Part shown: positions 50,920-62,400 of the stretch, in pieces
Numbering within the stretch: position 1 is the first letter of the stretch
Layout of the letters: each line of letters begins with the position of its first letter
Origin: Camelus dromedarius
Taxonomy: Eukaryota
NCBI RefSeq assembly: GCF_036321535.1
Contig: NC_087436.1
Location: forward strand, 248,001 to 312,000
DNA length: 64,000 nucleotides
Reading direction: 5' to 3'
The notes under the pieces: model-generated
Databases searched by the model: none
What the model was told of the DNA's origin: nothing
Seen by the model: the letters and a program-made list of their open reading frames with translations, nothing else
Translations under genes and position numbers: made by a program

Positions 50920-51403
50920 GGTAATAGAACAGAACAAATCTGACTCCATACTAGATCTTTTCCTTTGAATTTAACCCTGTGCTCTGTCTCCTAGGCTTCA
51001 TCTTGCTTGTGAAACAGTGTTGCCTAGAGCCTGAAATATACAGAAGAGCCTAATCTGAAGGCTCTGACCTTTAAGGATATTTAACACTTTTCCATCCATA
51101 TAAAGATAACAAGTTGCAGAAAAGAAAATAACGTTTGTTTTGCTGGAGGTTTACAGAGATTTGACTCAGGCAGATAGCTGCAAGAACAAAGGATTCTAAC
51201 AAAAAAGAATTCCTACACCAAGAAGTATGCTACAACAAAGCACGTAGGAAAGGAGCCTGAATTCTGACTTGGGGAGATGGTTTTCCAGGACATTTGTTTG
51301 CCATCAAGGTCTACAGAAACTTGCTATTCCATGCCCCAACACCTGGTCTCTGAAATTATTGGCCTGTCCTGCAATGAGGAGAATGAATTTGGACTCGGTA
51401 ACA
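50920..51403 (+). mobile_element. ERV solo-LTR (same family as 455-1167)
   Basis: GGTAATAGAACAGAACAAATCTGACTCCAT ... GAATTTGGACTCGGTAACA. Confidence 0.85.
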
Positions 51404-52019
51404 CTCCTATCTACCTAGCAAGCTGGGCACTGGATCTGAGGACAGCTCTCCCACACCCAGGGACCTACTGTGAGCCCTTGATGGTTCCACTAGGGTGGGG
51501 TGTGGTTTATTCAGGAGGGATGGGCACTATGCACCAACACTCAGGCAGTCTGCTCTGTCTGGGGCTCTGATCTTGTACCTCCCGCTCCCCACCAGCCCAA
51601 CACCTGGAACAGTGGAGCTAAGACAGAGATCGTGCCTGCCTGTTTCCCAGCGTGTAAAAGGGGAATATGAACTCTTCCCAAGGTAGTTCTGAGCGACAAC
51701 ACCTTCGGGTGCTTGGTTCCCAGAGCAACAGGGAACCCAGCTCCGCGTGGGATCAACGGGTGTGATCCCGTAGGGGTTCTGCAGAGGCCTCGGCTGGAGG
51801 GCTGGACCAGGGAGGGAAAATTTGAGTTGCGGGCCTTGAAGTGTTAGTGAAGGGTACAGAGGCAGGACTGAATTCTGTTTCAGGATGCCACCAGAGGTAA
51901 ACCTTTTTCTCTACATCTCTGCTACTCCCCTCCCCTGTCCAGATCCCTCCCTTCTCTCTGCACTTCCTGTCCATCTGTCTCCCTCCACTTTTCTCCTCCT
52001 CCCCTCCTCCTCCCATCTT

Positions 52020-52830
52020 CTCCCTCCCTCACTTCCGCAGCTTCTCTCACAGAAACCTGAGGATCGCTGGCCCTCCTGGGCATGCGCAGTCAGTGCCAGG
52101 TGGACCGCGGTTTGGAAGCTCCATCTCCGAGCCGGGGATCTGCCCCAAAATCTTCTCAGCTATGTCGCCCGGTAAGCCTTTAGCTCCTGCCCCGGGGCCG
52201 GGGCCTCCGGCTGTGGAAGTGCAAGGTTGGGGGCTCACGGGAAAGGTTCAGGCGGCTGCGGGAGGGCGGTCCACGTGTCACAGCCCGCGAGGGCATGATT
52301 CAGCATGTGTTCAGCTATATTGCTCGGGCCAGGCCCCTCTGCCCGCGCCACCTGCCCCGGCGCCCCGGCCACAGCTGCTCAGGGCCAGGTGTGCACCTGC
52401 CGCCTCTCGCCCCAGCTGGTCTCCCCTCAGTCTGCGGCTGGAGTCCTCTTCCGCTCTCCCGCCCGCGAGTCCTCTCTTCCCGGGCTTCCTCTCCTCAGCC
52501 GCCGGCCCGTCCCCGTCCCAGGGCGGGCTGTGTCCCGGGACGGCGGTGTCTGCGGACCCGGACGGGGCAGCTGGGACTGGGGCTGGCCTCCGAGAGGAGC
52601 TGCAGCCCGCGTCCCCAATCCCCCGCTTTCCCTGCCCCGTGACCCCTGGGCTGCCCTCCTCTCCCTTTCCCGCTCCCTCAGGACCAGCTTGGTGGCGTGG
52701 GCGCTGCTCCCCCGGCTGAGAGCCTCCGGCCGGCCGTAAAGCCCAGCTTGTCCTGGTGAAGTCTGCAAAAGGGAGCGTCAGTGCTGAGGGAGCTTCTGTC
52801 ACCTCCCTCAGTGTTTCTGCCTCAGGTAAG
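52020..52830 (+). promoter_or_regulatory. CpG-island promoter of the TRAPPC9 copy
   Basis: CpG-dense. ETS motif CACTTCCG at ~52030, NRF1-like GGCATGCGCA at 52079-52088, donors CCG|GTAAGC (52171) and CAG|GTAAGT (52825). Confidence 0.8.
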
Positions 52831-53844
52831 TTCCTTGAACACTTTCAGGTGTCATGATGGCGGTGCTTGATGATGTCACGTGGTTTTATACTGAGAGGGA
52901 TTACAGTGTTGAAAGCAGGACTTGGTTCAGTTAAAAATGAGCTGAAGGCATGAGTATGTGACATCCTCCAGGCTTCCCTCTCCCAGGCTGAAACGTGTGA
53001 CCGTTGATTTTAGAAAGATAGTTACAGTCCCTAACTAGCCCAGCCCAGCTTGGGTGTGTTAACAGGAACAGCACCACCAGAGGCGTTGGAGACCTAGGGA
53101 CATTGCAGTCCTAAAGAGCTCCTGGCACACAGTTTGGTTTGTTTTGGTTTTTTCTTTTTCTTAAATTGTGCGGCAGACTAGTTGTATAGAGGGGAAAATA
53201 ATTGTCAAGAGATTATTTTTCATATAACAGCTTTATTGTGATATTGTTCACACACCGTGAAGTCCATCCATTTAAATGGTACAATTCAGCAGCTTTTAGC
53301 ATATTCACAGTGCTGCAACCATTATTATTCCAGAACGTTTTCGTCACTTCAGAAAGAACAGTGGAAATCAATGACCTATTCACCCTTACCCAGTGGTGGT
53401 TCTAAAGAAGTTTCTTGGCTGTTCCTGACCATAAATTAACTTGCTATATTCCATGAAATATCTGGTAGTAATTCTAATCAGAATTGCATTGAATCTGTCT
53501 ATCAAAACAGGAAGAATTAATGTCTTTACGGCATAAACTTCTTCTAACCATGAATATATCTGAGACCCTACATTTTCATCTGTCCAGAGCCTGGCCCATG
53601 GGAAGTCCTCACTAATTTTGGGGCTTGTGAATGATGAGATTCTATACATTGTTAGTTGCAAATGTAGCCTTTCACAGAAGAGAAAAGTAACCTCAGTGAA
53701 GCCAAGTGACTCTCTGATAGTCAGAAAGGGTGACAGTCAGTGCTGGAGTGATACAGTGGACTTGCTGCTTGCAGCCAGAATTTTCCACCACCTACAGCTA
53801 CGGGGATTACAGTGTTCTTTTATTTTTTTAAAGACTTGCTTTTA

Positions 53845-54115
53845 TTTTTCTAATAATTTTTTATTGAAGTGTAGTTAACTTACAATGTTAGTTTCAGGTG
53901 TACAGCAGAGATTCAGTTATAAACATATTCATATGTATATACATACGTTTTAGATTGTTTTTAGTACAACTCATTACAAGAACTTGAATATAGTTCCCTG
54001 TGCTATATAGCAGGTCCTTGTCATTTATTTTATATTTATTAATGTGTATCTGTTAATCCCCCTTTTCCTGCCTGCTAACCACAGTTGGCTTTCTATGCCC
54101 ATGAGTCCATTTCTA
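53845..54115 (-). mobile_element. L1 extreme 3' end
   Basis: TTTTTATTGAAGTGTAGTTAACTTACAATGTTAGTTTCAGGTGTACAGC...GAATATAGTTCCCTGTGCTATA. Confidence 0.8.
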
Positions 54116-56244
54116 GCAGCACCATTTTTCCTAGTTAATATATGCTGCTTGGCTGCTTTCAGTTTCAGTAATTCCATCTTATCTGTGGGCGTTTTTCTTC
54201 TGGTGGACCTGTATGTGGTTTGCACACGTGGTAATAGAGATCTGTATTTTGGAGAACTCCAGGCCTCGTGTAGTCCCTGGTAGAGAGCGCCCACTGAGCT
54301 GATGCTTGAACTGGGAAAAAAGCATAGTAAATGTTGGTATTTCCACTATAGTTGAGACTTCCAGGTTTCTATAACCTCTCTAGCCAACCTTAATGTTGGC
54401 TGCACCCATACTGGGTAATTTGGTGGTACTCCATGGTATGGTGATGTAGAGACAGGGCTTTGTATGCTCCTTCTCTATCCTTTTTCTAACACTCATTCTC
54501 CTGGGCCTCCCAGATCCTCCCACAACAGTGCCCAGGGCTGGCTTGGTGCTGCACTCAGGCAATATTTGTTAATAAGGCCCTTTCCTCATCTCTTCTGAGC
54601 CTCCGTTTCCTTCTCTGCACAATGAGACCGTAGACTAGATAAGTCCTTTTCAGTTTCTTTTAAAGCCATGTTTCCTTTGAGAAACAGAAAATGCAAATCT
54701 CTCCTCTCATTCCAACCCTTTAGATTTTGATATGTCCTCCAAAGAGTGACATAGTTCTTTGTGGAAAGCTGATGTGATTGTGATTCCAGGTGGCACAGGA
54801 AAGACTCTTCAGAGATTTATTGCAGGGAAAGGGCAGGAAAGGAGCAGTATGTCACACTTTCTGGTGTGAGCAATGGAGCAGGGGATTGGGTTTAAATACG
54901 GTGTCTGATGTGGCCTCTCTCTAATCTTGCACAATGTGATAAACCTCTCTCCCTCAGTTTTTTCATGTATGAAGTTGGGGTGATAGTATTTTAGGGTTTT
55001 TGTGAAACATTATACACATAATCCATTTGTTTCTCGGTAGAAACAAGAGCTGCTAGGGAGTCAGTGATTTCTTTAAAAAAAAAAAAAATCTTGTCCATAG
55101 CACTCTGTCTGTGTGTATTTTGAAGTTCCTGGAAGGTGAGTGTTGAAACTAAAGTCCATCATGGGACAGGTGGCCCATAGTCCTCTGTGCCCCAGATTGC
55201 CCCCTCCTCCCCAGTCCTCTTCCTCTCAGTCCAGAATGACGTTCCCTAGTAGATTTATACAGAGTTCTTGTGGAAATAGCTTTTCATTTTATTGTTTCAC
55301 CAAGAAGGGCTGCCATCATGATCTCTGTGGTCAGGTTTTGCTGACCTGAAGGCTATGCAATTGGGGGTTTCTATTTAATAAAAAGAAAAAAAATTACAAA
55401 TACAAACTTAGACCTAGGGTGGTGACAGGGGCTCTTGGAAGTGGGGGCCATTAGCTTTGTTAGCTTCAGGTGCAGTGGCCTTTGGCCACGAGGACCCATC
55501 CTCGTGCTCTGAAATTGGAGGGACCAGTGGGTTCAGTGGGAAATTTGAGTGTATCTCATGGTCTAGGGATTGTCCTATTTGTGCTGTGTGTTCCTTATTT
55601 GAGACAGTGAGCTCATTTAACCTCAATAGCCTCTTTAAAAATTAGACTTTTAATTTTGTGATGTAACTTAGATTCCCATGTAGTTGTAAGAGATAATATG
55701 GAGAGGGCCTATGGACAATTTGCCCAATTTTCCTTAACGGTTCAATCTTGCAAATTTCGGGTACAATTCATTACTGACTCACTAACCCTTTGAGGTTTAT
55801 GTTATTGCCCTCATTTCTATTCATGATTAAACTGGGGCTTAGAGAATCACACAGGCCTGCCCAGGTCACACACATGGTTAGTGTAGAGTCGGGTGAAAGT
55901 GGGCTTGGGATTTCCAGGCAGTACCATTATGATGGTCTGTGGCAGGGAGCAGCATTCACTTTGCTTGTTTATTCATTCAACAAACATTTATTGAATAAAC
56001 TCTGTGTGTCAGATGCTTTAATAGGGTTATCAGATTCTTCAGCAGTACTGAAAATCAGGTAATGTTTTCTGTTTTTTAATCTGAGAAAATTAGCTCTGAG
56101 AGGTTATAACCCCCCGAAAGGTAATATAGCTGATAAAGGAGGGATAGTAAATTTCTACAGTCCCCCCTTTTTATGCAGGTTGTAACCTAGGCATTTAACA
56201 TTTGCAAACTTCAGTAATCCAGATAATTTCTTCTAAGGCAATGA

Positions 56245-56450
56245 TTTTTTTTAATTGAAGTATAGTCAAGTTTACAATGTTGTGTCAATTTCAAGCTGTT
56301 TTTTGAATTTTGAATTAAAAAATATTTTTTGAGGAGGGTAATTAGGTTTTTTTATTTGTTTCATTTTTTAAAATGAGGTACTGGGGATTAAACACAGGAC
56401 TTCATACTTGATAAGCACGTGCTCTACCACTGAACTGTACCCTCCTCCCC
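56245..56450 (-). mobile_element. tRNA-derived SINE (camelid type) with an L1 3'-end fragment in its tail
   Basis: Reverse complement GGGGAGGAGGGTACAGTTCAGTGGTAGAGCACGTGCTTATC...CCTGTGTTTAATCCCCAGTACCTC. Flanked by AAGGCAA repeats (56235, 56451). Confidence 0.8.
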
Positions 56451-59400
56451 AAGGCAAGTTTTCTTATTCATTATTCTGCAGCTTAGGAGTTCAAATAAAT
56501 TGGATAGAAATCCAGATATTTTGATCCCACTGTGGTTCTTTTCTTTATATTCTGCTTAAAGGGGTGTGGAAAGCAGTTCCTTTGTTCATTTCTTTATTCA
56601 GCAGTTTTGAGCACTGTCTTTGCATTAGGGTTTGGCTAGGTGCTTGGAACAGAAAACAAGAAATGACCCTGCTCTGCAGGGGCAGAAAGCCTAGACCAAA
56701 AGCTGGGTAATGTGATCCGACCTACAGTAGCCATGTGCAGGCACTGAGGACAAACTGTACCCCCGTCTTTGCTTGGGCTTCCCTTGCCTTCTGGCTGATA
56801 CACACCAGCTCACCGCAATCCAGAGGGGCCCACAGCCCACAGCAGAGTAAGTATATCGATCTCCTCTCCCCTCTCGGCAGGGGCTGCAACATGAGCACCC
56901 CTGATTATGTGCAGTGCGCTGAGAACGACCAGATTCTCCCCGTGGTGGTCCAAGCCATTGGGATCATCTCAGAGGAGAATTTCTTTTGCATCTATAAGCG
57001 AATCACCTTGGTGAGCCAGATCAGCCTCTGTGGCTCCCATTGGGCACTCTGTATCCACTACTACAGGCACCACTATGCACCCGAGAATGGGTGGGGAATC
57101 TTCCAGACCCACAGCAAGGTAGTGGGCCTTGTCACCATTGCCGACTGCCTCTCGGCCAAGGCCTTCGAGAAGCTCCACGTGCAGAGGAGCTGCATGGCAC
57201 ATCGTTAATGACTCTCAGTTCTTTGTGCTGCATAGGTAGGTAGCCGAGCAGAAGCGCACCGACGTGGCCTTCAATCTACGAGGACTGCAGGCTGGTGGAG
57301 AAGACGATCGAGGACTTCACTGTCTCTCTCTTCATCATGCTCAAGTCCAAGTGGCTGGATAGGGCCCCCAACAAGTCTGGGGATAAGATCCCCCTCCTCT
57401 GCACCTTGTTTGAGAAGGAGGACTTCATGGGATTGGACACAGACAGCAGGTAAGTCTACTTGGAGGCCCGGCCACCCTCGATGTGTGCCAGATTGCTTCC
57501 CTATATCCAGGAAGGGATCATCAAGGAAGAGGGCTGTCTTGTAGCCAAGAGTGGATAGAGGTGCAGCCCGCTGGTTTACAGACATTTAAAAGTGAATCCG
57601 CCTTTGTTTCAGAGAGATCCTTTTAGGGATATTGTGGACACTTACTCCAGCTTTTCAGCCAGGACCCCTGGTGGGACCCCTGGAGTTGCTGTCCAATAGA
57701 GTAGCCACAGCCTCTGATGCTAGGAGAGCTGGGGAGGAGGCTGGTCTGAGCTGACATGTGCTGTAGGTCAAATGAACATCAGATGCTGAGACATCTAATA
57801 AAAGGAATGTAATCTACCTTGTTCCTTTCTATATTGATTACATGTCAAATTGATAGTATTCTACGTACAGTAGAATAAGTAAGATCTGTTCTTAAAATCA
57901 CTTTCTAGTATTTGTTTTTTGTTTGTTTCTTTGTTTACTTTTTAAATGTGGCAACTGGGAAACTTTCTTTACATGGATCTCATTTCATTTCTCTTGGGCA
58001 GCCTGTCCTGCGACAGTCTCATCCCTTTGCTTAGATAAGAGATTCTGAATCCCGAGATGCAGAACGAGGCTCTGGTTGAGCTGGGGGTGGACCCGGTGTC
58101 TCCTGACTCCTAGGCCCAGTACCTGCACTGCTCATGTCCTCTCTTCATGCCCGACAGCCACCATGCCAGGTTAGGTCATCAGAAACACCGCCAGGGATTT
58201 ACGAATGAACTCCTTACACAGGAAAAGGCGTGTCACGGAGTATGGGACAGAGCAGGGAAAGGTTCATCCTCACTTTGTCCCTGTGATTAGGTCAAAGGCC
58301 TCACTTTGCCTCGAAAGTGCAGATGAGCTCTTATGGGCTGCCTACCCACCACCCCCACTTTCTGCTCTGTTTCCCCGTGTGTCCATTGTGCCGTCCCTCG
58401 GGCAGAAGAGGTTGAGATGCCTTTGCCGAGAGGTGGTCCCCCTTTGCTGGGGAAAGTGAGGGAAGTTGTGTACCCCCGGCCTACGGCCTCGGGCCTTGAG
58501 TCTGGAGAGCACTTATGGCGGTCTCACAGGTGACGGTCGGAGAACCTAGCACGTGCAGCCGGGTCCGCTGTGGAGGCGGTGATCTGTGATTCTTGAACTT
58601 GCCCAAGATCAGATCCTACTTTCTGGTTGTTGGTCAGTTGGAGGAGAAGGTGCCAGAGAATTGAAAAAAAGAATGTCCAGACCAGCCCTGTGAGTGAGAG
58701 GCACAGGGGACCTGAGTCCCACCTGCCTGGGGATGCCTGGGGAACTCTGCATGAATTTTCAGTTCCTCCCCGGATATTCCTCTATGGCTTAAGGAACGGG
58801 CAAGGCATGTCGTGGCAATGATCTGTACTTGTCCTCACAAGGCCCTGCGATCTACATGTCCGCACTCCCCTCCTGCTCCTTGGAGATGAGGTGGCAGGTT
58901 TAGGAGCCTGGGCACTGCTGAAGGCACAGCTGCCAGCACCGGGCTTCTCCCAGACTGGCTCCGTTCACCTCACCTGTCACCTCCTGCTGAGCCCCCAGGC
59001 ATTAGTCCAGGTAGGTGCATCAGTGCAACGTAAGAAGGGACCAACTTCTCCCCCTGGACAGACTGTTCGGTGAGCAGTGGATGCCTGGAGCCATGCCCCA
59101 GCCCCATGGCCAGTGCTTCCTCTTATGTCATAGGAGGCACTGGTGACATTTTTGCTCAGCAACTGCTTTGTTCTGAGTCTGTAGACCCACCAGAGAATGC
59201 CAGCTTGTTTTTGCCTTTACAAGTCTGTCCTTGGGATTTGGCAGAGTAGTTGGATGTGTGCTTAGCCCATAGTGTTTGACACTGTCACCATTGTTTACCC
59301 AGAATCTCGTGTACCAGGCATGGTTCTCGGCATCAAAATACAGCAGCGCATTAAACCTCCCTCCTGGTGGGTCTGTCTGTTGTGGTACAAAAAGCACCCA

Positions 59401-62400
59401 GCCAGCATCTGAACGTCAGTGAGATAACGCGGCCAGTGAGCTCGGGTCAAGCACGTTCTTCTCCAGTCACTTTTACTCCATTGTTCCTTTTACTATTCTA
59501 CAGTCATTAATTTATAAAACAACGCTTTAGTGCAGGAGCAGAGCCTAATCCTCTAATGCTACTCTTGGTGGGAGTGAGTAAAACTGTCCAGCCTGAAATG
59601 TGACCACAATTTGTAGCTCAAAAGCTGTCTAGACGCATGTAGGTGGAGTTTTGGTTTGGGGCTCTGACCACGTTGGTGTCCCCTGGCAGCGCTGCTCCAC
59701 ACAGGCCCCTGCCTTCCCGGGAGCAGGAGGTGAGGATGGGTCTCACTGTCCCTGCATCCCTGGCCTCACACACTCACGTAAATTCTTGTACAGGCTGTCA
59801 AATTCATTTTTGTTCTTGTGTGTTTCTAATTTTCGCTTGTTCCTCTTTTCCTTTTTCTTTATTCCTTTTTCTCTTGTACTGCCCTTTGAGTATGTTGTTG
59901 CATCTGAAAAGGTGGGCTGTGCACACCCTGCATTGGAAATAGCTGGATCGCCCTCCATGCTTTCTCCATCGCTTTAAAAACCAAAAACTTAACAGCTGCC
60001 TTGATCCATGTATTATCCTAGACAGCTTTTAATTTTCTAATTTTTTGGAATATTTGCTTTGTTAACACATCACCCACTGGTGTTTGATACCTGTTAAAAT
60101 CCTTGCTTTGAGGAACCTGTTTAGTCCTCCTCATATTTGGTGACGAATGCGCACTTATTAAATTTGTTCGTTTGTTTTGAAGAAGTGAGATGGGAATTGA
60201 TTTAGGCGGCTGCTGAAGGATTCTTTTCATGGAGTATTTAAACTTCTAAAGTCAAAGTCTGCAGCACCTTGCTCGATATCTGCTTTTACACAAAAGTGCT
60301 CAGCACGCGGTTCCTGGCTGTCGCTGTGTGACGTGCGTGATAGCCCTTCTTGGCCGGTGGTCACTGGTGAGGAAGTGGCATGCTCGGGGGTGAGCAGCTG
60401 CAGGGTACGCTGTTGGAGGAAGCAGTCACTTTTTTTTTTTGCATTCAAATTCCCCTATGTCATTTACTTTACTTTGCCTTCATAAAGGGGCAGTATCGGG
60501 TCCAAAATCCATGCCACTCTTTTGTTCCCTGTACGAGGCTGGTTTTTCTGAGTATCAGGACAACATGGCCTTCTCCGAAGAGGCTGGCTTACCTGGATCT
60601 GGTGGACACAGTGACCTCTAAAGGGGACCGTATGTTACACTCTGCTTCATCCAGTGGGCATTCAGAACTGGGTCTGTGGTTTGCCTCAGCAGCCGTGGAG
60701 GCCTCCCTGCACTGGCCTTTACTTTTAACCCACGTTGGCAGTAAATGGCTGATTCAGTGTCTCTTGCAGCTGACGTCCACCACTGACGGCCATGTCGTTA
60801 CTTTTCGGTAGTGAGACCCCAATACCCTAGTCAGCCTTGAAGGAAGATGCTTTGGCCGACCAAACCTTGCATTCTCACCCCTACCATGGTTCATCTCACC
60901 CAGGGGAAGGGTTTGGCCACCACCATAATGCTGACCTTGAGGCTTTGTTTCTCCTTTCATGCTCTGGTCCAAATGTCGACACTGCGTTTTTCACTGACTT
61001 GGTCTTGCTTGAGACAGGCCAGAATTTATGAAAGAGTCCACCACATTCTGGGTGGGGAACAGAACAGAAATAAATGTCGCAAATAGAAGGAGTCTAGGCT
61101 GTCCGGGTTGGCAAATGCAGGCTGGGATCTGTGATGGCTGGGCTGTGCCCTGGACACAGGCCTTTCCCGTGGCTCCTGAGAGCCCAGGGGTCGGAGTGAG
61201 AACAGCCTTGCCTGGGTTCCTCCATTCTCTTCTGCTCACTGGCAGGTGTGTCTGCTAATTAGGAGCTCCCCCAGACCTCGGGTCCTTCAAAGCTCAGACC
61301 ATGGACGAACCTTGAGTCCCTTCTCCTGGGCCTCCTGTGTGAGAATACAGTGCCTTCTGAGGTGACCAGCGGCAGGAGATGCCTCCTCCTCCAGGGAGCA
61401 CCATTTGGAGGACTGTGACTCACTGCACCATGCTGTGAGCTTATGGGGTGACGGCCATGGTCCCTGCAGAACCAGACTTGAGATGGGCTTAGCAATGGAA
61501 ATAACAGGACTGATTCCAGGGCAGGGCTGGTGGGAGGGAACAGGGGATATTGAATGTGACCTCAAACACCTAGGTGGGTGATGGTTCTGTTAGTTAAATG
61601 GGGAGCCTGGGAGGTACCTGCCAGGAATTGAATTCCAGAGTAAATGGTGGACATGAGGCATTTTTAAGATGCCATTTGTCATCCAAGTTAGGACTTCAAA
61701 GAGGCACTCGGGTCTATGAGCCTGGGGCTCAGGTGAAGGTGCCGGACTAGAGACACACGTTGGGATTTGTCCTTCTTAGCTGGAGTTCACAGCCTTACAT
61801 GTGGGTTAGCTCTTCTCAAGAGGTGCAGACTGAGGCTGAGGGAGGGCAGGGCTGTGCCTCGGTTGGAGGAAAGCCCAGATAATGCAGCTTTGGTGTGTCA
61901 GTCAGTGGCATTTGGGATTTTCAGAGCAATGCCATTTATCCTTAAAGGGCCGGGTGGTGGGCAGGGCCAGCCAGGATGAAATATAAAGGGAGGGTCGTGG
62001 CCACGTGTGCGTCTTGGGAAGATGCAGAGGCTTCAGGGTCCGGGAGGGGAGACTCCTCAGAAGCTGGAGTTGGATTGGGGAGTGGGGAGAAGGTAGTCAC
62101 ACTTACCTGTGACGGTGGGAAAGAGTCCTAGGGAGTCCCGACCCTACCGGACTCTCTTTCCCATGAACAGAAGGCAATTAGACAGAGGATCTGAGATGAA
62201 AAGGGATGGGTGCTGTGAGGGGAGCCAACCTGGAGAATGGTGCTTGGACAGTTCTGGAATAGTCTTCCTGCAAAATAGAGTTAAAAAAACACAGACTCTA
62301 AAGAATATTGACAGTAACTGAGGAGGAGGCAGTTTTTCTGGCCTCCTAAGAGTAAGTCATGTATACGGGGATACACAGAAGAATCGGGCAGTCTCTTGCG

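Larger units (their letters stand above)
51760..57449 (+). pseudogene. TRAPPC9: TRAPPC9 5' partial duplicate: upstream alternative exon remnant (~51760-51846), CpG-island exon (~52080-52171), exon 2 (56881-57449, ATG 56891)
   Basis: Exon 2 has an acceptor 10 nt before the ATG. It reads [38 protein letters not shown]...[32 protein letters not shown]...FEKLHVQ, vs human [38 protein letters not shown].... Frameshift at ~57186, stop at 57206-57208. Later frame ...[29 protein letters not shown] matches the exon end. 51812-51841 encodes EGKFELRALK, resembling EEVKFELRALK of the long human isoform's first exon. Exon 3 (HYKKRCQGRMRKHVGD) not seen. Confidence 0.93.

Noticed and set aside
52093..52802. 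208-, 163- and 144-aa Pro/Gly/Ala-rich ORFs
   Set aside because: CpG-island artefacts; overlapping frames on both strands with no recognisable domain.
22800..57449. Functional POFUT2, MRAP2 or TRAPPC9 genes, or processed pseudogenes
   Set aside because: Stops, frameshifts and missing exons argue against function. Retained introns, splice sites and promoters rule out retrotransposition.
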